Of a DNA stretch of 64,000 nt, positions 41,361-54,449 are shown piece after piece. A model generated the notes under the pieces. The model searched no databases, had not been told where the DNA came from, and saw nothing but the letters and a program-made list of their open reading frames with translations. The stretch covers positions 211,669 through 275,668 of the forward strand of contig JAAOMT010000503.1 in NCBI GenBank assembly GCA_016748015.1, given 5' to 3'. Position 1 is the stretch's first letter. Each line of letters opens with the position of its first letter. Source of the stretch: Geosiphon pyriformis uo1 (taxonomy: Eukaryota; Fungi; Glomeromycota). The position numbers and the translations under genes are program-made.

Positions 41361-41770
41361 ATGGCGCAACAAAATCCGGCTTCATTAGCATCACTTTATG
41401 TCCCAGAACATATAGTCCACAATGTGAAAACTATTACATTCATCCGTTCTTCACTCTCAGCAATTACTGGATCAGCTGCAGGTGTTCTCGGTCTGACGGG
41501 ATATACTGGTTTCGTGTTCTATGGGTTTACGGCTTTATTCATGTCTTTCCTCATTTGGGCCTTGAAAACAAAGTTACAGCCAGGCATGTATTTTCGTAGT
41601 GGGGTAGATGTATGGATAGAGGGTGTATTTGGTGGCTTGTTCTCTTACGTTTTATTTTGGACTTTACTTTATGGAATTGTACACGGTAAGTACCTATTCT
41701 TCCTACATGATATTATTTCAATAGAATCTAATAAAAACTTGGAATATCATACGTTACAGTCTACGACTAA
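41361..41770 (+). CDS. EMC6: ER membrane protein complex subunit 6, 111 aa
   Basis: Exons 41361-41685 and 41760-41770. Sequence HNVKTITFIRSSLSAITGSAAGVLGLTGYTGFVFY..FSYVLFWTLLYGIVHVYD*. Confidence 0.93.
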
Positions 41771-42231
41771 ATCACAGGAAAAAAGAACGAAATAGAAGAA
41801 AAAATACCTTGCAATTATTAAGTTGATGAACCATTGGATTGCAAATAAATTGATCAAACGTTCACTTGAATCCACAATTCATTAGCCACAATAAATATTA
41901 TTTCAAATAAGCATAAACAATGCCAAGTATTAAATTTCACAATTGTATTTTAATATGATGTCATTGTGATTTTTATGATTTTGTAATGTTTTTATTTTTG
42001 TCATAAAGTAATTATTTATTAGAATTATTTATAAGTTTTGAACAAATTGAAAATTGTAAAAAATATTTGCATACAAAATAGGCAATTTATTCTAAGAATA
42101 ATCATATTTATATATTAATTAAATTAATATAAATTGTTTTCAATTATTTTATAAAAATATTTAATAATACCAATATAATTACATTAATATTATAAAAATT
42201 AATTATTATTAATAAATATTTAAAAACAATT

Positions 42232-45200
42232 TATTTTTTTTAAATTTAATAAGATTTACACATATTCTAGTAATATACATTAATCTATATAATCTAAACT
42301 AAGTATGTATTATATATTGTTTACATATGATCAGTTATTTAGATACAATCAAAGCAATACTATATATTTATTAAAACAAAAATAATATTATCTAAATTTA
42401 TATAGAACAAATATAATTTACATAATCCAAAACAGATATTTAAGTTAATAAACACATCCAACAACCTAACAACATTAAAAAAAATAGTTTTGAAAAATTA
42501 TTAACAATAAAAATTATGAATTTATTACTAAATATCAAACTATTTTTTTTCATAAAAACTTTGTGTTTTAATTAAATTAATTATATTTTAATATGATAAA
42601 TTATCTTTAAACTACATATTAATTTTACAATTCTGCTTGTAATAAGTTTAAAGTTTTTAAAAACAGAAAAAATTTCAGAAAACCAATTATTAAAAACATA
42701 TTTTTTGCTTAGTATAGTATATAATTTATAATTAAAAACATAAAAATACAGTATTTATAAAACACAAAATAAAAATCAATTTAATTTTAATATAAAACAC
42801 CAAACTATAAAGAATAAATTCAACAACTACAAATAAATATAAATATCTGTTAAATATATAAAAAAATAGTTAAACAATTTTATATTATTATAATAAAAAC
42901 ACAAAATATTAAGATATTTTTTATTATAAAACTGTTTATAAATAGTTATAAACAATTATTAATGCAAAATTTTATGTAATAAAAGTACAAATTAGTTGTA
43001 AATAAATTTATAAAACTAAAAACCATGTAAAAATTAAAATACCAGACTAAAAATATTTAAATTTAATTAATATTTTTGATTATATTATTATCAAAAACAT
43101 TAATTCTAGATCCTATTTCTTAATATACTTAATTAATAGTATTAAAAATTGTGAACAAAATAATAATTATTTTTTAAACTAAAATCTTACTAACTTAAAA
43201 AAATTTCTTATTTATTTTAATAAAAAGTGTTCTATCTAAAAAAAAGACAGTATTAATCAATATTAGCTTTTATATTATTTATAATATTTAAATATTTCTT
43301 TAATTTAGACTATATAATTCAAATATTCTGATTTTTAATAATATTATTAATGTAATATTTTTTTGTTTAGCAAGGATTATAAAAGTTAAATAATATTAAA
43401 TTTTATTTAAAAGAGTACATAAATAAAACAATCTAACTATTTGAATAGACTATAATAGAACTATAAATAAAAACATATTTTAAAATCAACATAAATATTT
43501 ATAGTTTAGCTAATATAAGTTTACATATTTTAATACAGATATTTAAATTTAAATTAGTAAAAAATATAGTTATTCTATTTTTATACTTAATATATTCAAG
43601 TTTTTTAAAAAGCTATTTGTATAAACATTAATAATCTTAAAATTGGTTAACAAAGATTTTTTTTACTATTATAAAACTATTTGAATTGTATATATTAATA
43701 AAACTAGAACTAATACCAATTAATTAAATATTAAAAAAAAAATTATCATTCAAAAACCAATTATTTTAATTAAGAACAAAATCTTTGAGATCAAGTTTCT
43801 TCTAATAATAAAAGTTTTTCTAATTAAAAATAAAACTTTTTTTAATATAAAGTTGTTCAGTAAAAATTTCACCAAATTTTATAAGAATAATACATATTTA
43901 AAAAATTATGTTTCTTTAAAACTAAAAATATTAAAGTGTTTTTAAAAAACCAAAACATAAAAAACAAATTATTTATTAAAAAAAAGTCAAAATTCTAAAA
44001 AATTTTTACTAAATTAAGCAAAAAATTGTTTACAGAAATAATTTTTAACTTTATAAAAAACTATAATAAATAGTAAGAAAACCAGCTTAAAACTTGTATA
44101 TCTAAAGATTAATATTTAAAAAATTCAGCATATTTGTAATTTGTATTTGTTTAAATGTTTTTAAATTATACAAAAATAGATAATATACAGTTTTATTTGG
44201 AAAAATTTTGGGCAAATAAGACTTGGATTTAAACTTTTTTTTAATCCAGATATTTTTATTATATATACTCTTAAAAATAAAATTAAACTGTATTCTATAA
44301 TTAACTATAAAATACAAAACAACAAAAACCAAATACAAAAATTATTTATTTAAAATAGTTTTTCTTAAAACCAAATTAGCAAAAAATTTAATATTTGAAT
44401 ATATTTAGCTAAATTAAATTTTGAAAAATTATTTGACAATAAAAAAATACTTAAATATCTATGAATCTTATTTTTTTTTATAATTGAAATCAATAAATTA
44501 TTAATTAACAAATATAAAAAAAATATCAAGTTAATTTAATTTTTAAGATGATTTATTTTGACAATAAATTTGGTATCAATATAATAATTATATAAAAAAA
44601 ATTCATAAAAAATTTATTAAAAAAGAAAAAAAAAACTTTACTTTAATTCAACCTATTATAAACTTAATAATTATTAGTTAAATCAAAATCTATTATAATA
44701 TAATTTATTTTATTATTGTAAATATTACAAAAAATTTAATAAACTTTGTGTATATCTTAATTTAAACCAAGTTATTTTTTAAATACAACCAGTCAACTGA
44801 ATTATATGTTTTATATATATTCTGTAAAAATAAAAATTTATAATTCTTTTTTAAAATATTTTTTAAAACAGAGCCAATAACAAAAATAAAAAATTGTGTC
44901 ATAGTGTTTTTTAGAACAAAAAATTATTTTTATAAAGAATATTAAAAGTACTATAAACAAAAATATTCTATCAAAAAAATTTTAAAAAAAATCTTCCAGA
45001 TAGTTTTAATTAAAACTATAAATTTATTATATAAAAAATGTTTTTTTACTTATAAAACTTAAAAATCATTGACATTTAAGTTTTTTTTTAAACTAAAAAA
45101 CTAATTTACATAATAAACAAAAATTTAAATATTTAAAAGCAAATATAAAACAGACTTATTATAATATTTTCAAAGTTTATTAATAATATCAAAAAAGTTG

Positions 45201-46800
45201 GCTGTTTTGTTCTCAGATAAATTTTTAATTATATTTAATATTTTATTAAAATAAATAATATTTATAATACCAAAAAACATTTTATTATAAATATATTCTA
45301 ATAATAAATACTAATAATATTATATATCTAAAACAGAATTAAGAATTTGTTTTTTTTTGGTTTATTTTTTTATAATCTTATCTATTTTAAATTTAATCTT
45401 CTTAAAATTCAAATTTAGCTTATTATTATTAATTAAATAATTTAAAATTATCTTGTAAAATAAATATTTCAAGATATTTCTAATAGTATAATTTTTATTA
45501 ATCTTAAAATTTTCTATTTTTTTGTTAATAATAGTTCTAATTTTGTGTTTTTTTGGCTTTTTAAGACTTAATAAATTTGGCCACATAATAAGATTTCTTA
45601 ATTTTAAATAAAACAAATTTGATATTATTAAAACTAGTATTTAATTTGAAAAAGTTTACAATATAAAAAACATTATTAGTATTAAGAAAAAGCCAATAAT
45701 TTAAGAGAAAATCAAAAGTAATATTTAGTTTTAAATATAATATTTTAACAATTTTTAAGATTAAAGTTTTCAATTTATAAAATTAAAATAAAATTTGGTA
45801 AAAATGCTTTTATATTTTTTGTATTAAGTTTTAAAAAACATTTTATTAACTAAAAAATATATTATTTTTTAAACAATATTTTATATTATATTTAAATTTA
45901 AAAAACTTTTTATAATCACAAATTTATTAGTGTATATAACAATAATAAAGATTTGAATTAGTTTTATTTTATATTATTAACATTTTTAAAGTTAAATTTT
46001 CAACAATCTCTGTTGGCTAGTTTGCAAAAAAAATTAAATGTATATTTAAAAAATTATTTAGATTAATAAATACATAAATACTATTGTAATTAATATTAAA
46101 AAATTTCTTAATACTCTAAATAACTCTATTAATTACTATATTAATAAGATTTATAAAAACAAATACATAACTTTTTTTGTATCTTTAAAGTTTTTTTATG
46201 TATAAACTTTTGCAATTATATTTTTTAAAATTAACATATTTTTTAAACTTATTTTTATTAAAACTACTATTTAAAACCACAAAAAAAGATGTATTAACAG
46301 CTTTAATAATCAACATATTAATATTTTTAACTTAAAAAAAACATATAATCATAATTATAATAATATATAATTTTAAAAAAGTAACTAAAAGTTTGTTTTT
46401 AAAGAGTAATCTAATTAAAAAAAGTCTATTATTCATTTTAATAATTTTACAAATATGTCTTATTAAATAATTGTTTATAATAATAGCAATATTAGCACTC
46501 AGATAATTAGTATTTAAACCAAAAATATCTATTTTAATATTATTAAACTAATTTATAATTCAAAAACACACTTTTTTTTTAACTTTGTTTTAATAATAAT
46601 AATAGATATTAAATTATTTATTTTCTTATTTTACCTAATATCTTTCTATTTTACAGAATTTTTTATTCTATACATATTATATATAGCAAATTTTCAAATT
46701 AAATTGGTTATTAAAGAAAAAAACCAATACTAAAAATTAAAAAATTTAACTTAGCCAAAACCATATTAATTAAATCTTTTAAAACTAATATTTTCAATTT
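42232..46800 (-). mobile_element. Very heavily decayed non-LTR retrotransposon ORF2 with 3' UTR
   Basis: 3' motif at ~42320-42360. ORF fragments 44102-44338 and 45362-45616 are homologous to the other LINE copies. Extremely AT-rich. Upper boundary approximate. Confidence 0.7.
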
Positions 46801-47629
46801 TAAACCACCAATTTTAACAATAAAATCTTATTACTATTAAAAGTTAAAAACAGAATACTATTAATAACAAATACAAAAATAGGAAATAAAAACTTAAAAT
46901 ATTCATATTAAACTTAATAGTATTGTTTATAAATATATTTGACAAAGAATAAATAGATAAACAGATAAAAAAGACATTATAAATGCATTTAGTATAATAA
47001 AAATTGCAGTAACTTGATTATTTAAGAGTTTTAAAAATTTTTAAGACAAGTTTAACCAAAATTTTAAAACAAAAAAAAGAATTAGTTAATATACTAAAAA
47101 CCATATTACTAAAAAATGATATATTAAAAAGAGATATAAAAACATTATAAATAATTTATTAATAATACAAATTTTTTTATCTGTACTATTTAATAACAAA
47201 CTCAAATTATAAGTTATTATTTTTATAAGCAAAGTAAACAAAAGCACTTTAAATTCATCTTTAAATGCTATTATAAATCAAAAATTTAGCAAAAAAATTA
47301 TAAAAATAATATAAATTATTTAATTATAATATAGCACAATAATAATTTTAAAAAAATAATAATTAACATAATAATAAGTATTATTTTGTAATAGTAGTAA
47401 CCATTAGTTTACAATAGTAACAAATAGTAACAAATATTAACTAATAATAATAATAAATATTAAAATATTAAAAAAAGAATAATACAATAAATTTTTTTTA
47501 TAGTTATATTTTTTAGTCAACATATTTATAGTAATTATAAAAAGATAAAATAATCAATATTTTGTCATATAATTTATATAATATATATATATATAATAAT
47601 TAATTAAATACATTAAATATTTATAAAAC

Positions 47630-47729
47630 TATATTAAGAAGTTTTAAAATTAATAAATAACAGATTGAATACTTTTGTCTCTGTTTTCATACTTTTTATT
47701 AGTATGTTTAATTTTTTTAAGTTAAATAA
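47630..47729 (+). repeat. Left arm of a ~100 bp inverted repeat (partner 54332-54429)
   Basis: attaagaagttttaaaattaataaataacagattgaatacttttgtctctgtttt matches the reverse complement of the 54.4 kb segment. Confidence 0.85.
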
Positions 47730-47744
47730 TAAAATATTAATAAT

Positions 47745-50700
47745 ATTTTTTTTTATTAGATTTAACGAGTATAATCTAATTACTATCTAAAAACAAACAA
47801 CATATATGTATTATAAACTAAATGTGATTTACATACTTATTACATATAACCAGCTATTCAGATCAATCAAGACTATATTACAAGCTATTACTACTACATT
47901 AATTTTCAAATTCCAAAAAATAAGTATTTAGATTGTGTATTAAAGTACATCCCTCTATTTTTTTATATTAAGCAATATAATTAGTTTATTGCTTAATTTG
48001 TTTATATTGCTGAAGTTATAAGAAACCACACTATTATTGGCAATTATTACATTATTTTTAACCATATTGGCTTTATATTCAGATTTATAATACCATATTT
48101 TAGATCTATAAGTTAATGTTAAGTTTTTCATAAATATCACTATCTGTAAATTTGTTAGCTCAAAATTGCCAAACACAGTCAAAACTTTATTGCACCAATT
48201 TTTAAGCACAAAGCTCTTTACTAAAACAGAATACAAATTAATATTTTGTATATAAAAAAACAAATTTTGAAAAATTTAAAAAAAAAAATTAATAACATTT
48301 GGTGATAATGCTTAATGTATTCTAAACTTAGACAAAATTTTACTGTAAACATCATTGTTTTAAAGGCACTTGAATATATGATCAGAAATTTTGATCTCAT
48401 TACAAAGTAAGTACTTTATACTTAAATATAATACACTATATAGATGCTTTCTAATAGTCATTAGTAGACACTTATGTAAAGCTTTTATAAAATAAGTTTA
48501 TAAAGTATTTAATGAGTAATTTGTAAAGCCAGAAACCATGTGTCTATTAGAATGCCAAACTTTTGAAGATCTTTTTCAATTCACTATATTAATATTATAA
48601 ACATTTTTTACCTTTAATTAAGATTTATTTTCTTATTTAGCACAACATAAAGTCTTGTAAAAATCTTTAACATAATAACAAATGTTGCAAAACAAAGCCA
48701 TATTATTTGTATATATAAAAAACTCATAAACCATAGTTGAAAAAACAGAATTAGAAAAGCATATATTAGAAATAAACACATTGGCATATTTATTTTTTAT
48801 AATACCAGCATGGCTTTTGATCTTAATCTAAGATACCAAAAATAATTTATCTTTAATGATGTTTATTATTTATTGTTATTCTATTTATTAGCACTTTTTA
48901 AAATCAGGTAAGACCATTTTTAATTTCATCAATACAAGCATTAATAGCAGCTTGGTTATCTAAATTAACAATTATATTGTTTCTTATAAAAACACAAGTA
49001 AGCACAAGAGAAATAGTCTTGAGTTTTGATAAAATTAATGACATAATACCATGAATTCTAATTCCAATGCTAAAATTAACATCTGAAAAAAAACAGCAGC
49101 TCTTCTAGCAACTAAAATTAAACCAAAATGTTTTATAGACCTATCTGTGTAAACATTAAACAAACTTAAACCAAACTCTAATAAAATGTTTTTGGCATAA
49201 TTAATTAAATTAACTATTATAAAATTAAGAAAATATTCATTGGAAAGTTAAGACAAGATGCTGGTTGTAACCAACTTGTTGTTCAAAAATTAGATGGTTA
49301 AGCTAAATCATATAGGAATAAGACCCCATAAATCCAAATGCTTCTAATGTTTAAAATATTTTCAGTTAAAACAATGTTTTTTTTTATTCAGTAATTGTTT
49401 TACAAAACCAATATCAAAGCATTTTAGAAAACAGACTACTCTAAAAATTTTTTTGCTTTCAAGAATCTTAAATATTAATGTTTTACTAAAGAATTAGAAA
49501 GCATTTGACAAAGCATTAGAAAAAAATAAGCCATAAAATAAGAAAATTTTTATGATTCTAGCTAAAAAATTATTCATAAAACTAACATTTAATTTAACAA
49601 GATAACATAATAAATACATTTGTAGCCAGCTGATAATTTGCAAATTCATATATTAATAGATAAAAAGTTACTTTAAGACATTAAGTTTATTTGTAAAACT
49701 TAAAACAGCTGATAATTTACTTTTAGTCTGTACTTGGCCAAAAGTTTTTATGTTATAGAAAGATAGATATAACAATACATTTGTAAAAAAATTATGTAAA
49801 AGACCTGCTTTGAGCTTTAGATTCTTTTTGATTATAGTATCTACTTAATGCAAACACTCTTAAGAATATAACTAAATTGCATTTTGTAACTAATAATAGG
49901 CTGTAAAATTGAGGAGACCAAATAATAAAATTTTTTATTAGAGATAGCTTTATGCAAAACAATATTTGAAAAAAACTGAATATTTAATTGAGCTTTGGTT
50001 AAATTAGGCTTTGACAGCTCTTTTGTTAACAAAAATATACCTAAGTACTAATAAGATTCACTCTTCTTAGCTATTATAATTAGTAAGTTACTAACAAGCA
50101 AAGAAAGTTTTCTGACTTTTTAATTGATAAAAATAGCAACTGTTTTATCATTGTTTATAAAGATATTATTAATTATAAAGAATTTATTAGCTTTGTTTAA
50201 AATGTATTGTGTTGTTGCTTAACTATTATTAATTTAGATTGTGTTATTTACAAAATTTTCAACAACAAAATGAATAGTTATTCTGGCTTGAACTTCTATT
50301 TTGCCAGATTTTACCATAAATTTTGAGTTAATTTTGTATCTGCATAAATGGTTAAGTCTCTTAATTTCACACAAAATAGGGTTATAAAAATTCTCCAAAG
50401 AAATAGAAAAAAGACTTTGTCTTAATTAAAACTGTTTTGTACTTTATAGTCATTTGAGAAACCAAAGTCTGTTATCACTTTGTTGGTTTTATTTAAATAA
50501 ATGTTTCCAAAAAACTTAATAAATTTGGTGCATATTTTAATCTGTTTTAAACTAGTTTTCAAATAATATTATCTAACTAAATTATATGTTTTGTACATAT
50601 TTTAAAGAACTAGTTAAAGCTTCTGGTTTTTTTTAAAGTGTTTTTGATTATTGAACAGATAATAAAAATAGAAAATTGAGTTGTAATACTCTTTAAAACC

Positions 50701-53700
50701 AAAAAAATTGTTATTTCAGAAAATGTTAAATTTACTACAAGCTAATAAAATATGACTTGACAAAATTTTAGACAAAATTTTTTTTATTGTTTTGATCAAA
50801 ACAATAGATCATGTGTTTATAAATAATTTATCTCAATTATAAAATTTGAGAATTATTAAGACTCAAGCATATTTTCAAAGAGCTTAAATATTATTACAAA
50901 TTAGACAAAAATTTAACAAATCCAAAAAACATTTTAATATTAAGTTATTATAATATTTCTAAAGTTTTTTTAAGATTCTTAAAAAACTAGCAGTTTTGTC
51001 ATTAGACAAGTTTTTAATTATCAAAACCAAATTATCTATGCTGATTTCATTTATTACACCAAAAAAAAATTATTTTCCATATAGTTCAAAGATATGTATT
51101 GACAGGATCATGATTTTGGCATTGTATTATATACTTTTTGTTTTTTTGTTTAATTCATCATAAATTTATTTATCTTAAGCTTTATATTATCTAATTTCAA
51201 AACTGAGTTACTCTTAATAATCAAATAGTCTAGTAACACTTTATAGAAAAGTCATTTTAAACCACTTTTTATTATACTTTTTTTATCTGAACCAAAATTT
51301 TTTATATACTTTTTAATTGTTTTTTTAATAAATTTGTCTTTAATTAATTCTGCTTTACTATACTGAAATTTTTAATAATATTTTCTGATTATTAATAAGT
51401 GTTTGAAAATTTCTATTGAACTAGTACTCTTACTAATTAAATTAATAAACTCAAAAGCTTGTATGTTATTAAAAGCTGATCAAATCTTGATTAAATAAGT
51501 GAAATCTAAGTTTTTGTTTGAGTTTAAAGTTTTAACTATCTTAACAATCAATACTTTAAGCTTGTAAAACTTAGAAGTTTGTCTATTTTTTATACAATTA
51601 AATACACTAAACCAATATTTAGAGAAATTAAATCTGCTAAATTGGTTATTACTATTCTTAATATTTCTTACATAAAATTCAGATTACCAAGTTTATTTGT
51701 ATTTATAAACTCATCTAAATATATTAATATTTTGGCAAAAAAACACTCTTTAAAGTAAGTTCACTTGGCTATATTTGAATTTTTGATCTTGAACTTCTAA
51801 TGGTTTTTATTAGTTTGCTTCTAAATTGTATTTAGATGTTTATTTAAGAGGCCACTTAGATTAAAAAAAACAGAAACAGACATATAATCTGTTTTAAAAA
51901 AATTTAATATACTGTTGACACTTTTACTCATTACAGCTATTGAGAAGTGTTTACTAACAAAAATAAAATCAATAGTTTTCTTTATTTTTTTTGAATTACT
52001 CCATATCAGAAGCTTTAAAAAAAAACTACTTAAAAAAAGTTATATAGACTCAAATTCAAATATTTTCTGTAACTAATACTATATCTTATTTTATTTTTAT
52101 TAAAATCTCTACCTAGTACTATATAAAAACTCAAATTAATAGCTTTGGCAATATATAAGTTTATATTATATGCTTAATTAAATCTTACACTAGCTAAAAT
52201 GCCAGTATATAAGTCCAAAATTGTTACTAAAACTTTATTGGCAAAAAAAAAACAAATAGAAATATGACAACCAGGAATTTCAGAAACTTTGTACACATTT
52301 TAGATGAGATTATTATTCATTATTACTATCACTCTTAAATCCAAATAATCTACATTCAGTCTAAAAACAAAAACTTTCAAACCTAAAAACCTATTTTTAA
52401 TCTATAGTTTAATTTGTTTTTTTAGCTTTGTTTTTATAATAATAGAAACCAAATTGTTTGAATTTTTATGCTATTTAATAATATTATTCTGTTTAGCTAA
52501 ATTGTTTATTTTTTTAATATTACAAATTACAAACTCCCAAACAAAACTGGTTATTAATGTAAAAAGAGTGCTTAAAAGTCTAAGTTAACATACAACTAAT
52601 TTAATTTATTCAAAACTGAACTAACAAACATTTTAAGAGTGATCATCTTAGATTTTAAACTTTTAACCTTGATAGTCAAGACCTTAAAACTATTCAAATT
52701 CAAATTCAAAACCAAAACCTCAACTGTCATTAATAGAAAAAAGAAAAGTAAGATTTGTAAGTTATCTAATATTATGTTAAAGTTTGTAAAAAGAAATAAT
52801 AATAAAAAAATATTTATAACCAAATTTGAAGCCAAACTTAAATTTAAAATTAAAAAATCTATTAAAATAGAAAAGACAAAAACAGGTACAAAAAGCACTA
52901 AATTTATTTTATTTAGCTTGTATATAATTATTGATACTTAATTTGTCAACAGCTCCAAAGAGCATTTTAAGAAACTTAACCAATTATTAAAAAAAGACAT
53001 GTTTTAAGAAATAGAGAGAATATTGTTAAGATAAGAGTTACCAAAGAAAAAAAATTTAAAGAGAAGACCAAAATAACTACCAGTAAAACTAATTACTAAA
53101 AAAATTATTTGTGTTCAGAATTTGCTACTAAAGGCAACAAGACAAATAATAAAAACATTTTTTTTTTGTATATAAGTAAGCCAACTAGATATGATTTTTA
53201 TTTGAAACAAACTTCTTATATATTTTTCTTGAAATAGAAACTAGTAAGCTTAAAAAGTTATATATTTAAGAAATAAATACTCAAAACGCCTATATTTTTC
53301 ACAATAAACTATATTAAATTTTGTTCAAAAGAGTTTAATACCACCAAAAATTGGTTTTGTGTAAAAAGTAAATTTTAGTTTTTTATCAGACTTGAAGCCA
53401 ATTATAGTACAGCAAACTCTGTTATCAATTTTAAATAACTAGTTAATAATACAAGTTTTTCCATCAATTTTTTCTAATAAAACACCAAAATTATGAGCAG
53501 TAATTCTTATAAACAGAATAAAAAAAAGTGGCCTAAACCAATTTTTTGACATCCATGTATCATAGTCTTTACAGCTTTAATTACTTATATTGAATTTTTT
53601 TTAATTAAGAATGACCATTTTGAGATTATCTAATCTACTTGATTTAATTTGACAAACTTTATCATAGTTTTCTGTTATATTTCAATTAATTGTAAATAGA

Positions 53701-54330
53701 TCAATACCACTTGACCAAACTTAAAGAAAGTTGTAACAATTATTTTTTTAATTATTACAGCCTGATTTAAATATACTCTTTGTTTTTTGATATTGTTGTT
53801 TATAATAATTTCTTTATTTTTAGCCAATAATATAGTCTTTTTTATTTTTTTCTAATGTAAATGTTGATTAAATAATTTTTTAAATTTTAAGAAAATAGTA
53901 ACTTCTCCAAAACTGTTAATTAATGAAAACATTTTTCTAATATACTAAGTCTTTATTATTATTAATTTGCTTTTAATTGTTAAAATATTGATATCCAATA
54001 CAAAAAACTTCTTAATAAACATTTTTACTTGAGTTTTAGTAATTTTAAGATCAATTTATTTTTTGTTTAAAGAGATAAATAAGCAAAAAGGAAAAAAAAT
54101 CTTATTATTATCTATGTTATAGTTAAAAAAACCAATTAGAGAACCAAAAACTGACTTGTTTGGCTTTAAAAGTTTTTGTTTAAAAGTTAAACTGCTTTTT
54201 TTTTTTACTACTTGTTCTATAACCATTATTATTATTAAAAATAATTACTTTAAAAGTATTTTTATTTGTATTTATTTTAGCAAACTGACCAATAACATAC
54301 TTTAAACTGCCAATAATATTAATCAACTAG
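47745..54330 (-). mobile_element. Near full-length decayed non-LTR retrotransposon (ORF1; ORF2 APE-RT-RNase H; 3' UTR; A tail)
   Basis: APE start SFVWEFVICNIKKINNLAKQ (~52490-52550), RT FVNNTI* (~50235-50260), RNase H FNVYTDRS (~49135-49160), 3' motif ~47835-47875 and A tail at ~47745-47756. ORF1 remnants lie above 52596. Confidence 0.85.
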
Positions 54331-54331
54331 T

Positions 54332-54429
54332 TATTTAATTTTAAAAAATAAAAATATTAATAAAAAATATAAAAACAGAGACAAAAATATTTAATCAGTT
54401 ATTTATTAATTTTAAAACTTCCTAATGTA
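54332..54429 (-). repeat. Right arm of the ~100 bp inverted repeat
   Basis: See 47630-47729. Confidence 0.85.
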
Positions 54430-54449
54430 TTGTATTTAAAAAAAATACA

